NCBI GenBank assembly: GCA_017633255.1
Contig: JAGBPS010000024.1
Coordinates: 12,451 to 76,450 of the forward strand
Source of the DNA: Bacteroidales bacterium
Lineage (GTDB): Bacteria > Bacteroidota > Bacteroidia > Bacteroidales > WCHB1-69
Direction of reading: 5' to 3'
DNA: 64,000 nucleotides
The position numbers and the translations under genes are program-made. Positions within the stretch are counted from its first letter, which is position 1. Each line of letters opens with the position of its first letter. This document shows, one piece after another, positions 17,183 through 26,356 of the stretch. Under the pieces are notes generated by a model that was not told where the DNA came from, searched no databases, and worked only from the letters and a program-made list of their open reading frames with translations.

Positions 17183-18603
17183 GGCAGTTGTATTGTGTAG
17201 GTATATTTGTAGTATCCGTTATCATAGACGCCTTCGATGGCGATAAATCTATCACTGTTATGCTGGAAAAATTTGTCCAGGTCTTTGGTGTCGGAGATAA
17301 TGCGGCCGTTGATGACCGTGATTACAAAGCCTTTCTTCACGCCGGACTTCATCAGTAGACCGTCACCGGGATTCGTCACCTTCACGCCACCGGTAATACG
17401 GTAATAGTTCAGCTCACGCTTGCTCAAGTCGCTGAAAGAAGCTCCTAGCACAGCTTCCGCCGTGGCGTTGCTCTGCTCCACAATATCCGTATTTCCCTGA
17501 CGGTTCAGCAAACGGAGGTCTTTCACAGACTCCTGTCCTTTATGCAAAACTTTCACCTTGACCGTCTCGCCCGGAGAGTGCTGCATCAACACTTCTCGCA
17601 GTTCAGAAGCGGAATTGGTTTTGGTATCGTTAATCGCCAGAATCACATCCCCCTCTTCCAAACCGCTTTGATAGGCGGCGCCATTGGCATCCACCAAACC
17701 CACTATGACACCATCCAAACTTTTCAGATCCAGTTCCTCGGCTTTCTGCGGCGTGATATCCATAATGGAAACACCCAGATACGCGCGCTGCACCACCCCG
17801 TAGGTTTTCAGGTCGCTGGCCACCTTGCGGGCAATGTTGGACGGAATAGCAAAGGAATAGCCAGTATAATAGCCGGTTCCAGAAGCAATGGCCGTGTTGA
17901 TGCCTATCAGTTCGCCATGCGCATTGACCAAAGCACCGCCACTATTTCCTTGGTTTACAGCCGCATCCGTCTGAATAAATGATTCGATATTGGAACTTCC
18001 ATCCATGATATTCAGGTTACGGGCTTTGGCACTCACAATGCCGGCGGTTACTGTGGACGTCAAATTGAACGGATTGCCCACGGCCAGCACCCACTCGCCA
18101 ATCCGCACCTTGTCGGAATTGCCGAAACTCAGATACGGCAGCTGGCTTTCCTCAATCTTAATCAAAGCCAAATCCGCTTCCGCATCCGTGCCCACCAATG
18201 TGGCATTGAACTCGCGCTTGTCGTTCAAAGTGACGGTGATTTTCTCGGCATCCTCCACTACATGATTATTAGTAATGATATAGCCATCGGGGGCGATAAT
18301 GACACCTGAACCAGCCGCCTGCACCGGGTACTCATTACTTTGACCATACGGAATACCGAAAAAATGCTCCCAAAATGAGTCATTATAATAGCTGTCCCAT
18401 GCGGAATTTTTCTGTTTAAATTCCGTTTTGATATGCACAACTGCCTGAACAGAGTGCTCCGCCGCCGCTGTCAAATCGACATAATTGGAAAATTTCGGAG
18501 AATTTTGGAAGTTTTCCCCCGTTGGAGTTTGGGCGTTTAAACTGACGCTAAAAACACACAACAAGCTAATTATCAATGTGTTAAAAAATTTATTAATCGC
18601 CAT
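17179..18603 (-). CDS. htrA: HtrA/DegQ-family periplasmic serine endoprotease with PDZ domains
   Basis: 474 aa, signal peptide, and the catalytic motifs NNHVV, DLALIK and GNSGGALVN. Confidence 0.9.
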   Translation of the reverse strand: MAINKFFNTLIISLLCVFSVSLNAQTPTGENFQNSPKFSNYVDLTAAAEHSVQAVVHIKTEFKQKNSAWDSYYNDSFWEHFFGIPYGQSNEYPVQAAGSGVIIAPDGYIITNNHVVEDAEKITVTLNDKREFNATLVGTDAEADLALIKIEESQLPYLSFGNSDKVRIGEWVLAVGNPFNLTSTVTAGIVSAKARNLNIMDGSSNIESFIQTDAAVNQGNSGGALVNAHGELIGINTAIASGTGYYTGYSFAIPSNIARKVASDLKTYGVVQRAYLGVSIMDITPQKAEELDLKSLDGVIVGLVDANGAAYQSGLEEGDVILAINDTKTNSASELREVLMQHSPGETVKVKVLHKGQESVKDLRLLNRQGNTDIVEQSNATAEAVLGASFSDLSKRELNYYRITGGVKVTNPGDGLLMKSGVKKGFVITVINGRIISDTKDLDKFFQHNSDRFIAIEGVYDNGYYKYTYTIQLP

Positions 18604-18705
18604 TTTCCCATTACAATTTAGTGACGTGATAATATAAAGACGTATAAAGAACGAAAATGTTTAATAAAAAGTATAATTTTTTTCCGCTGGTATGATTTTT
18701 TTTTA

Positions 18706-18713
18706 TATTTTTG
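18706..18713 (+). promoter_or_regulatory. -7 promoter box TATTTTTG for rplU-rpmA
   Basis: TAnnTTTG match 39 nt upstream of the ATG at 18752. Confidence 0.55.
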
Positions 18714-18751
18714 CAGCCCCAAAAAATTATTAACCAAAAATATCAATCACA

Positions 18752-19063
18752 ATGTACGCAATCGTAGAAATAGCAGGGCAACAGTTCAAGATTGAACAAG
18801 GCCGCAAGGTTTATGTTCACCGCCTCAATGCTGAAGAAGGGTCGCAAGTTAAGTTCGACCGCGTGATGCTCGTTGATAATGACGGTACTGTAAACGTAGG
18901 TACTCCCACCGTTTCAGGTGCAGAAGTAACCGCTACCGTTGTCAACCACATCAAAGGTGACAAAGTTCTTGTTTTCAAGAAGAAAAGAAGAAAAGGTTAT
19001 CAGAAAATGAATGGTCATCGTCAGTATCTGACCACTTTGAAAATTGATTCTATAACCTTCTAA
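18752..19063 (+). CDS. rplU: 50S ribosomal protein L21
   Basis: 103 aa, [17 protein letters not shown]... is a canonical L21 N-terminus. Confidence 0.95.
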   Translation: MYAIVEIAGQQFKIEQGRKVYVHRLNAEEGSQVKFDRVMLVDNDGTVNVGTPTVSGAEVTATVVNHIKGDKVLVFKKKRRKGYQKMNGHRQYLTTLKIDSITF

Positions 19064-19093
19064 TTTAGTATTAACGATTAAAAACTTACAGAA

Positions 19094-19357
19094 ATGGCTC
19101 ATAAAAAAGGTGTCGGTAGTTCACAGAACGGTCGTGAATCCCACAGCAAACGCTTAGGCGTTAAGATTTTTGGCGGTCAGCTGGCCAAAGCCGGTAACAT
19201 CATTATCCGCCAGAGAGGTACCGTCCACAATCCTGGTATGAACGTAGGTATGGGTAAAGATCATACTTTGTTCGCCCTGATTGATGGAACCGTTGCTTTC
19301 AAAAAAGGTAGAAACGGTAAATCTTTTGTTTCTGTACAACCTGTTGCAGAGGCATAA
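19094..19357 (+). CDS. rpmA: 50S ribosomal protein L27
   Basis: 87 aa, [24 protein letters not shown]... is a canonical L27 N-terminus. Confidence 0.95.
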   Translation: MAHKKGVGSSQNGRESHSKRLGVKIFGGQLAKAGNIIIRQRGTVHNPGMNVGMGKDHTLFALIDGTVAFKKGRNGKSFVSVQPVAEA

Positions 19358-19381
19358 AGTTTGTTCATAATGTTTGATTGG

Positions 19382-19411
19382 AAAAACCGCTCGTCTTGAG
19401 CGGTTTTTTTT
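19382..19411 (+). terminator. Rho-independent terminator after rpmA
   Basis: AAAAACCGCTC-GTCTT-GAGCGGTTTTTTTT. Confidence 0.85.
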
Positions 19412-19412
19412 G

Positions 19413-19420
19413 TATTTTTG
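19413..19420 (+). promoter_or_regulatory. -7 promoter box TATTTTTG
   Basis: TAnnTTTG match 23 nt upstream of the ATG at 19443. Confidence 0.5.
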
Positions 19421-19442
19421 CATCCTCATAAATAAAAGTGGT

Positions 19443-20003
19443 ATGATTATCATCGGCATTACCGGAACTTTGGGTGCGGGCAAAGGCACCATTGTGGATT
19501 ATCTGATTGAAAAACGCCAGTTTCGGCACTTCTCGGTCCGCAGCTATCTGATTGAGGAGGCGGAACGGCGTGGCCTGCCCATCAACCGCGACACCTTTGT
19601 GGTGGTGGCCAACGAGCTGAGAGCCACTCACTGCCCCTCGTACATCACCGACGAACTGTTCAAACGAGCCCAGCAGCTGGGACAGAACGCCATTATCGAG
19701 AGCATCCGCACGCCTGGCGAGGTGGATTCGCTGCGCCAAAAGGGCAACTTTGTGCTGCTGGCGGTGGACGCCGACCCGAAAATCCGCTACGAGCGCATCG
19801 TGGGCCGCAACTCCGAGACCGACCATGTGAGCTACGAGACTTTCATCGAGAATGAGCAGCGAGAAATGAGCTCCACCGACCCCAACAAGCAGAATCTGGG
19901 CAAATGCATTGAGATGGCCGACTTCACCCTGCAGAACAACGGGGATTTCGAGGCCTTATATCAGCAAATAGATGACATTTTAAAACAAATGGACCATGAG
20001 TGA
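19443..20003 (+). CDS. P-loop nucleoside/nucleotide kinase-like protein (dNMP-kinase / dephospho-CoA-kinase fold)
   Basis: Start moved to Met24 (MIIIGITGTLGAGKGT, Walker A at the N-terminus). The tracked start at 19374 lies inside the rpmA terminator. The gene overlaps the dCMP deaminase gene by 8 nt. Confidence 0.6.
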   Translation: MIIIGITGTLGAGKGTIVDYLIEKRQFRHFSVRSYLIEEAERRGLPINRDTFVVVANELRATHCPSYITDELFKRAQQLGQNAIIESIRTPGEVDSLRQKGNFVLLAVDADPKIRYERIVGRNSETDHVSYETFIENEQREMSSTDPNKQNLGKCIEMADFTLQNNGDFEALYQQIDDILKQMDHE

Positions 20004-20496
20004 GAATACAGAAACCAAATACCAGCGCCCTTCGTGGGACGAATACTTCATGGAAATCGCCAACACGGTGAGCAAGCGCGCCACCTGCGACCGCGGACGT
20101 AGCGGCTGCGTGGTGGTCCGTGACCGCCAGATACTGGTTACCGGCTATGTCGGCTCCCCGAAAGGGCTGCCCCATTGCGACGAGGTTGGACACCAATTCA
20201 AGCGCACGGTGCACGAAGACGGCACCATCACCGAGCATTGCGTACGCACGGTGCATGCCGAGCAGAACGCCATCTGCCAGGCTGCCAAATTAGGCATTTC
20301 CTTGGACGGAGCCACCCTGTATTGCCGCATGACCCCTTGCCGCGTGTGTGCCATGCTAATCATCAACTGCGGCATCAAGCGCGTGGTGTGCGAGAAAAAA
20401 TACCATGCCGGCGCCGAATCCGAAGAGATGTTCAAGATGGCGGGCGTACAATTGGAGTTTTTCTCCGAAGATGTTGTGAAATACGACAGACAATAA
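19996..20496 (+). CDS. Deoxycytidylate (dCMP) deaminase, ComEB-type
   Basis: 166 aa with the zinc motifs HAEQNAI and PCRVCAMLI. Confidence 0.85.
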   Translation: MSENTETKYQRPSWDEYFMEIANTVSKRATCDRGRSGCVVVRDRQILVTGYVGSPKGLPHCDEVGHQFKRTVHEDGTITEHCVRTVHAEQNAICQAAKLGISLDGATLYCRMTPCRVCAMLIINCGIKRVVCEKKYHAGAESEEMFKMAGVQLEFFSEDVVKYDRQ

Positions 20497-20513
20497 ACCT
20501 AACTCAAAAAACT

Positions 20514-20543
20514 AAAAAAGGCGGCTCGTTGAGCCGCCTTTTT
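20514..20543. terminator. Bidirectional rho-independent terminator
   Basis: AAAAAA-GGCGGCTC-GTT-GAGCCGCC-TTTTT between convergent stops at 20496 and 20559. Confidence 0.85.
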
Positions 20544-20558
20544 CCTTAAATGTATATA

Positions 20559-20837
20559 TTATTTACATTTAATTTCTACTGTGCATTCAATCAGTTTGCT
20601 CATATCGCCTGATGAATGAGCATTCTGCTGTGATTCCCAAGTGTAACCTTTTTCAGGAGTTTGGCTGTAATTCGTACAAGCGGTCTTACTGAAAAATTTA
20701 GTACCACCGTTATCATAGGTTTCAACAGCAACTTTCTTACCATCCTCATAACGAGTACAATTACATTTCTTTCCACATGAAGTGAACATCAAAGCTGACA
20801 AAGCAACAACTGCAATAGTTCCTAAAACTTTTTTCAT
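20559..20837 (-). CDS. Small cysteine-rich lipoprotein (92 aa), paralogue of 5774..5965
   Basis: MKKVL... signal peptide, lipobox FTSC followed by GKKCNC, and the protein ends in EIKCK. Confidence 0.7.
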   Translation of the reverse strand: MKKVLGTIAVVALSALMFTSCGKKCNCTRYEDGKKVAVETYDNGGTKFFSKTACTNYSQTPEKGYTWESQQNAHSSGDMSKLIECTVEIKCK

Positions 20838-20886
20838 AATAATTTTATTTTAAGGTTAATACTAAATTGTTTCATTTTGTACGCTG

Positions 20887-20894
20887 CAAAATTA
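20887..20894 (-). promoter_or_regulatory. -7 promoter box TAATTTTG (minus strand)
   Basis: Plus-strand CAAAATTA, 50 nt upstream of the start at 20837. Confidence 0.5.
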
Positions 20895-20979
20895 GACTTT
20901 TTTTTTCTCTTTTTATCAACGACATTTTGAAATTAAGAAATTTTAACGAAAAAAAGGCTTTTACAATAAATTTCACAAC

Positions 20980-22215
20980 TTATTTGATGCCCAATTTCTT
21001 CTTAATATCTTTGGGAATACCGTTTTTGTGAACCACAATATTCATAGTTTTGTAACGGACGTATGCCTTGCTAGCATAGAACATACCATCATATTTGTAA
21101 ACCTTGCCCCAGCTGTTTTTCACCAAATAATATTCGTTACCCATCTGATCTTTGGCCTTGCCATAAATCAACATGCCGTGGTCATCGGTGGTTTCCCAAG
21201 AATCGAAAGCCAACTGACGTTCCTCGGGGGTCACCCAACGCTGCGGAGTGGGATGTTCATAAGCCTCTTTGGCACGATCGGTTTTGCTCAAACCAGTCCA
21301 ATGAGCCATGTCGCTGCCGCTGTTATCGCTGCTGGTAGCGTCCAAATCGGGCAATACGGCAAAACCTTCGCGGATACCTTTGCGGAAACCTTCCTCGCTG
21401 ACATCAGCACCCCAAGCGATGGTATAACCATTGTCAATAGCATAATCAAAAATATCCATGAACTCATCCAAAGGCAAGTTGTAGCACTGAGCCCAACGCC
21501 AGTTGTCCTGAATCTCCAAGACAAACTTCTCATAATAAGGATGATGTGTATAAGAAGTGATGGAAATATAATCATCAGGATTCAAACCCAGAGAATTGTA
21601 GAATGACATCGGAGTGTAAGTAACTCCATTGTACACGAAACTTTCGGGACGCTTGCCCAAATAAATGTCATGCACAGCTTCGATGGCTTTCACCCACAAC
21701 ACTTCGTTTTTGTTGTTATGCTGCAGTGATTTGTGGTCGCCTTCAGCAATAGCTTTCACGATAGCGTCGCTGATAGCGGACAATTCACCATGTTTGGAAA
21801 GGCTGTCGCCATACATGGCACCGGGACGCATCTCGGCTTCGGGCACCAAACCGAAAGTCTTCATGCCGTAAATCACATCGTAGAAAGAACCACCCTGTGA
21901 GAAAGAAACATCACCATGGGTACGAACGGCTGCTTTGGCACGATCGATGTAAGTGTTGTGAACAATGTACATTTCGGAAAGGTCATATTCGCCCTTGCCC
22001 ATACGGAGCAATTCGGCCTCGATAAAACCGAGTCCTGAGTAGCACCAGCATGTACCTGCACGGGCCTGGTCCTTCACCGAAGTGACGGGGATTTCTTTCA
22101 GGTTAGTGAACACATAACCTTCTTTTTTCTCTTCTTTTTTGGTTTCGTTTTGCGCGAATACCACACCGCTGAAAAGCAGAGCGGCGATGGTAAGGAGGGA
22201 AACTAATTTTTTCAT
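20980..22215 (-). CDS. C1-family cysteine aminopeptidase (PepC / bleomycin-hydrolase-like) with signal peptide
   Basis: Start moved to Met20 (MKKLVSLLTIAALLFSGVVFAQ). Catalytic Cys context QARAGTCWCYSG. The length of ~411 aa is typical of peptidase C1B. Confidence 0.85.
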   Translation of the reverse strand: MKKLVSLLTIAALLFSGVVFAQNETKKEEKKEGYVFTNLKEIPVTSVKDQARAGTCWCYSGLGFIEAELLRMGKGEYDLSEMYIVHNTYIDRAKAAVRTHGDVSFSQGGSFYDVIYGMKTFGLVPEAEMRPGAMYGDSLSKHGELSAISDAIVKAIAEGDHKSLQHNNKNEVLWVKAIEAVHDIYLGKRPESFVYNGVTYTPMSFYNSLGLNPDDYISITSYTHHPYYEKFVLEIQDNWRWAQCYNLPLDEFMDIFDYAIDNGYTIAWGADVSEEGFRKGIREGFAVLPDLDATSSDNSGSDMAHWTGLSKTDRAKEAYEHPTPQRWVTPEERQLAFDSWETTDDHGMLIYGKAKDQMGNEYYLVKNSWGKVYKYDGMFYASKAYVRYKTMNIVVHKNGIPKDIKKKLGIK

Positions 22216-22244
22216 TTTTGATAATTTTGTTAAACGTATGATGA

Positions 22245-23477
22245 TTAGAATTTTCTTCTGACTAAATCGCATAATGCCAAGTAGGCCGACGAAGTGGAAT
22301 CCCAGAAATACTGTTTTTTCAATCCTTCCATGGTATCGAAAGCCTCCTCGATATTCTCACAGTTATTCAAGGTATGAATAGCGTGACTGAACTCCTCACT
22401 CTTATTCTTGAACAACTCTCTGATAAACAAGAATTTGTCATTGATTGACATGGCCTTGGTCAAATCAGTGATTTTGGTTTGCTGGAATTTCTCGCCCAGA
22501 TCCTGTTTCTGCTCATTGAAGAGGTCATTGAGAGAGCGCTGCTGGGGTTTCACTTCCACCTTAGGCTGAGGCTGGGTAAAAACTTTGGGTTCGGGCTCTG
22601 GCTCAAGAGCAACCACGGCTTCTGGTTTGCTCTCCACAACGGGTTCAGGAGTCACTATCTTCACCGGCTCGGGTTCTACCGCTTTCACGGGCTCAGGAAT
22701 TGGCTCTGGCTCAGGGACAACCACTGGTTCAGGTTTGACTTCAACAACGGGTTCAGGAGCCACTACCTTCTCCGGTTCGGGAATTGGTTCAGGCTCAAGG
22801 ATCTCTTCAACCGATTCAGATTCCTCTGACTTCTCAGCTTCTGGCTCTACAATGGGCTCGGGCTCAGGGACAACCACGGGTTCTGGTTTGCTCTCCACAA
22901 CGGGTTCAGGAGCCACTACCTTCTTCGGTTCGGGAATTGGTTCAGGCTCAAGGATCTCTTCAACCGATTCAGATTCCTCTGACTTCTCAGCTTCTGGCTC
23001 TACAATGGGCTCGGGCTCAGGAGCAGCCACTGGTTCGGGTTTGGCTTCCACAACAGGTTCGGGAACCTCTTTCTTCACCGGCTCGGAAACAGGCGCAGAC
23101 TCGGAAAACAAATCGGGGGTCTTCTGAATCGGAGATTTTTCTTCGAAAACCGCTTTGGGCACCACTTTGACAAACTCCAAAATATCGGTATCCATTTCCT
23201 CATTTTCCTCTTCCGACGGCTCTTCCTCTTGCATTTCAACCTTTTCCTGAACAAGCTTCTCCACAATACTTTCCTTCTGCGGTTCTTCTGTTTTTTCTTC
23301 CTGATTTTCAACCACTTCCTTTTCATCAGAAACAGGATAACGCAAAATCGCAAGATAGGCTTCTCTCAGATTCTGAAGCAGAATATCTTTCTCAATAGAG
23401 GAAATTTTATCCGTATTATTTTTGATAAGCAAAAGATTATCAATAATTTGTCCTAATTCATCATGAACAGTCTGCAT
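22245..23477 (-). CDS. Acidic Pro/Glu-rich repeat protein; conserved helical N- and C-terminal domains joined by a long PEPEP linker
   Basis: 410-aa ORF with no signal peptide. The central ~230 aa are (P-E-P-V/I) repeats. Function unknown. Confidence 0.6.
   Translation of the reverse strand: MQTVHDELGQIIDNLLLIKNNTDKISSIEKDILLQNLREAYLAILRYPVSDEKEVVENQEEKTEEPQKESIVEKLVQEKVEMQEEEPSEEENEEMDTDILEFVKVVPKAVFEEKSPIQKTPDLFSESAPVSEPVKKEVPEPVVEAKPEPVAAPEPEPIVEPEAEKSEESESVEEILEPEPIPEPKKVVAPEPVVESKPEPVVVPEPEPIVEPEAEKSEESESVEEILEPEPIPEPEKVVAPEPVVEVKPEPVVVPEPEPIPEPVKAVEPEPVKIVTPEPVVESKPEAVVALEPEPEPKVFTQPQPKVEVKPQQRSLNDLFNEQKQDLGEKFQQTKITDLTKAMSINDKFLFIRELFKNKSEEFSHAIHTLNNCENIEEAFDTMEGLKKQYFWDSTSSAYLALCDLVRRKF
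22773..23078. repeat. Tandem duplication, 2 x 153 nt (51 aa), inside the PE-rich gene
   Basis: ATCTCTTCAACCGATTCAGATTCC... begins at 22801 and again at 22954. About 100 nt of each copy are identical by eye, and the copies then diverge. Confidence 0.85.
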
Positions 23478-23518
23478 AATTTAATGTCTTTAGCTCTGAA
23501 TAGTCCCAATAAATTTAT

Positions 23519-23526
23519 TAATTTTG
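23519..23526 (+). promoter_or_regulatory. -7 promoter box TAATTTTG for tdk
   Basis: TAnnTTTG match 57 nt upstream of the ATG at 23583. Confidence 0.45.
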
Positions 23527-23582
23527 CCTTCCGAAAAAGTCTTCAAAAATACAAAAATTATCAATATCAAACATCATAAAAA

Positions 23583-24188
23583 ATGTTTTTGGAAAGTAAG
23601 GCGAGCAGAAGCAAAAACAAGGGCTGGATTGAGGTGATTTGCGGTTCCATGTTTTCGGGAAAAACAGAGGAATTGCTGCGACGGATCCGCAGGGCCACCT
23701 TCGCCAACCAGAAAATCGAGCTGTTCAAACCCGCCATCGATGTCCGCTATGACGAAACCGACGTGGTGTCGCACGATGAGACCTCGATGGTGTCCACGCC
23801 CGTACACAATTCCTCCGAAATATTGCTGTATGTGAATATGGAAACGGTGGAAGTGGTGGGTATTGACGAGGTGCAGTTTTTCGATGACGGCATTGTTGAT
23901 GTATGTAACCAATTGGCTTCCTGCGGAATACGTGTAATCGTAGCCGGTTTGGACATGGACTATTTGGGCAAGCCTTTCGGACCGATGCCCCAGTTGATGG
24001 CGGTGGCGGAATATGTGTCGAAAGTGCATGCCATTTGCACCCGCTGCGGCGACCTGGCACAGTTTTCGCATCGCATTGTGCACAACGACAAACAAGTGAT
24101 GCTGGGAGAGAAAGAGAGTTACATGCCGCTGTGCCGACACTGCTTTAACGAGGTTGCAGGGGACAGGGAACAGGGGGCAGAAAATTAA
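23583..24188 (+). CDS. tdk: Thymidine kinase
   Basis: 201 aa, P-loop [12 protein letters not shown], and C-terminal zinc ribbon cysteines (CTRCG...CRHC). Confidence 0.9.
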   Translation: MFLESKASRSKNKGWIEVICGSMFSGKTEELLRRIRRATFANQKIELFKPAIDVRYDETDVVSHDETSMVSTPVHNSSEILLYVNMETVEVVGIDEVQFFDDGIVDVCNQLASCGIRVIVAGLDMDYLGKPFGPMPQLMAVAEYVSKVHAICTRCGDLAQFSHRIVHNDKQVMLGEKESYMPLCRHCFNEVAGDREQGAEN

Positions 24189-24296
24189 GAATTAAGAACT
24201 AAGAACTAAAACTGAATCAAATCTACATTCTTAACTCTTAATTTTTAGTTCTTAACTTAATTAGCACATTAGCACATTGATAATTGGCACATTGAA
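24184..24296. repeat. Word-repeat hairpin block: TTAAGAA-type arms followed by TTAGCACA words
   Basis: ATTAAGA ATTAAGA ACTAAGA ACTAAAA ...loop... TTCTTAA CTCTTAA TTTTTAG TTCTTAA, then TTAGCACA TTAGCACA TTGATAA TTGGCACA. It lies directly 3' of tdk, whose last codons are themselves GGGGACA GGGAACA GGGGGCA heptads. Confidence 0.75.
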
Positions 24297-24304
24297 AAAT
24301 TTTG

Positions 24305-24312
24305 TATCTTTG
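24305..24312 (+). promoter_or_regulatory. -7 promoter box TATCTTTG
   Basis: TAnnTTTG match 20 nt upstream of the ATG at 24332. Confidence 0.5.
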
Positions 24313-24331
24313 CAGGTTAAAAAATTAAATC

Positions 24332-25069
24332 ATGGCAGATCAAGGCAATCATGTTAATTTGTTCATTCCCTGCGAAATGGACATGTTCAGTCCCTCTGTG
24401 GCACAGAGCGTTGTGCGCCTGTTGGAAAAGTTGGGTCTCGAGGTACATTACAACGCCGACCAAACCTGCTGCGGACGGAATTTCTATTTTTCAGGCGAAA
24501 TTGAAACTGCCAAAGAGTTAGGCGCGAAAATGATGGCCGAGTACGAGAACACCAAATTCCCCCTTGTCATCCCCTCCGCCGCCTGCGCCGGCTTTATCCG
24601 CAAGTATTACAGTCTGTTGCTGACCAATGTAAGCGTGGTCAACGACCTGAAATTCTTTGTGACCAATACCTACGAGCTGTGCGATTTCATCGTCAACCAG
24701 CTGGGCTTGACCACTGTGGGCAACCATTTTCCGCAAAGGGTTTTCTATTTCAAGTCGTGCGCTGCCCGCAATATGTACGAACTGCAGGATGAGGCCGAAA
24801 TACTGCTGAAAAACACCAAAGGTCTCGACCTCCTCACCGACCCCGACATGAACGACTGCTGCTCTGCCAACGGACGTTTCTCGGTCATCAACCCCGAGGC
24901 ATCGGACCAGATGATTGAAAAAATCGTGACTAAAATTTATTCCATGGGTGCCCAATATGTGACCTCTACCGACATCAACTGTCTGCAACACATGGACGCC
25001 TTCATACAATCCAAAGGAATGGGCCTTGAGGTAATCCACATCGCTGACATTCTCAATGCCGAAGACTAA
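24332..25069 (+). CDS. lutA: (Fe-S)-binding CCG-domain protein, LutA/YkgE-like
   Basis: 245 aa with two cysteine-rich CCG-type repeats (ADQTCCGRNF, PDMNDCCSANG). Confidence 0.7.
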   Translation: MADQGNHVNLFIPCEMDMFSPSVAQSVVRLLEKLGLEVHYNADQTCCGRNFYFSGEIETAKELGAKMMAEYENTKFPLVIPSAACAGFIRKYYSLLLTNVSVVNDLKFFVTNTYELCDFIVNQLGLTTVGNHFPQRVFYFKSCAARNMYELQDEAEILLKNTKGLDLLTDPDMNDCCSANGRFSVINPEASDQMIEKIVTKIYSMGAQYVTSTDINCLQHMDAFIQSKGMGLEVIHIADILNAED

Positions 25070-25081
25070 AAACAAAACAAC

Positions 25082-26356
25082 ATGTTACAGATTCAATTAA
25101 TCCGCGAGAATCCCCAATTCGTTATCGACCGTTTGAAGGTTAAACATTTTGACGCTGAAGGTATTATCAGCGAAATTTCGCAATTGGATGTCGATATCAG
25201 ACAAAACAAGAAAAGCCTTGACGACAACCTGATGGAACAGAAGAAACTTTCTGCCGAAATCGGCAAGCTGTTCAAGGAAGGCAAAGCCGCCGAGGCCGCT
25301 GACATGAAAGCCCGCATCGCCGAGCTGAAAGAGGTGGAAAAGCAGCTGCAAGCCAAAGTAGCCGAAGCCGCTGACAAAATTCAGGAAAGACTGTTCCTGA
25401 TGCCCAATCTGCCCCACGCTTCCGTGCCAGAAGGCAAAACCGCCGCTGACAATGAAATCGTTTACACCGAAGGCGACGCCTCCAATTTCGACTACGACGC
25501 CATGCCCCACTGGGACTTGGTGAAAAAATACGACATCATCGATTTCGACCTGGGCTGCAAGATCACCGGCGCAGGTTTCCCCGTGTATAAAGGCAAAGGC
25601 GCCCGCATCCAGAGAGCACTGATAGACTTCTTCTTGGATGAAGCGGTCCAGCACGGATTCACCGAAATCCAGCCTCCCTACATGGTGAACGAAGCTTCCG
25701 CTTACGGTACCGGCCAGCTACCCGACAAGGAAGGCCAGATGTATCACTGCGAAGTGGACGATTTCTATTTGATTCCCACCGCCGAAGTGCCCATCACCAA
25801 TATTTATCGTGATACTATCCTGAAAGAAAGTGACTTCCCCATCAAGAACTGCGGTTATTCAGCCTGTTTCCGTCGCGAAGCCGGCTCCTACGGCAAGGAT
25901 GTGCGCGGTCTGAACCGTCTGCACCAGTTCGACAAAGTGGAAATCGTGGTGATTGAGCACCCCGACCACTCTTATGAGACCCTGGAGAAGATGAAAACCT
26001 ACGCTATGTCGCTACTGACCAAACTCGGTCTGCCTTTCAGAGTACTGCGTCTCTGCGGTGGCGACATCAGCTTCACCTCTGCCCTGACCTTCGACCTGGA
26101 AGTATATTCCAAGGCCCAGCAGCGTTGGCTGGAAGTCAGCTCCGTTTCCAACTTCGAGAGTTTCCAAGCTAACCGCCTCAAACTGAGATTCAAAGACGAA
26201 GCCACAGGCAAAATGCGACTGGCTCACACCCTGAACGGAAGCGCCTTGGCACTGCCTCGCGTGCTGGCCGCCCTGTTAGAGAACAACCAAACCGACAAAG
26301 GTATCATTGTACCCGAAGTGCTGCGCAAATACACAGGCTTCGACATGATTGACTAA
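25082..26356 (+). CDS. serS: Seryl-tRNA synthetase
   Basis: 424 aa with an N-terminal coiled-coil arm and class II aaRS motifs (FRREAGSYG, GSALALPR). Confidence 0.95.
   Translation: MLQIQLIRENPQFVIDRLKVKHFDAEGIISEISQLDVDIRQNKKSLDDNLMEQKKLSAEIGKLFKEGKAAEAADMKARIAELKEVEKQLQAKVAEAADKIQERLFLMPNLPHASVPEGKTAADNEIVYTEGDASNFDYDAMPHWDLVKKYDIIDFDLGCKITGAGFPVYKGKGARIQRALIDFFLDEAVQHGFTEIQPPYMVNEASAYGTGQLPDKEGQMYHCEVDDFYLIPTAEVPITNIYRDTILKESDFPIKNCGYSACFRREAGSYGKDVRGLNRLHQFDKVEIVVIEHPDHSYETLEKMKTYAMSLLTKLGLPFRVLRLCGGDISFTSALTFDLEVYSKAQQRWLEVSSVSNFESFQANRLKLRFKDEATGKMRLAHTLNGSALALPRVLAALLENNQTDKGIIVPEVLRKYTGFDMID

Noticed and set aside
22479-23170. Plus-strand ORFs encoding GSGSG/TTGSG-rich peptides
   Set aside because: They are antisense read-through of the PEPEP repeat. 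Open frames on the opposite strand are expected from the low-complexity codon pattern.
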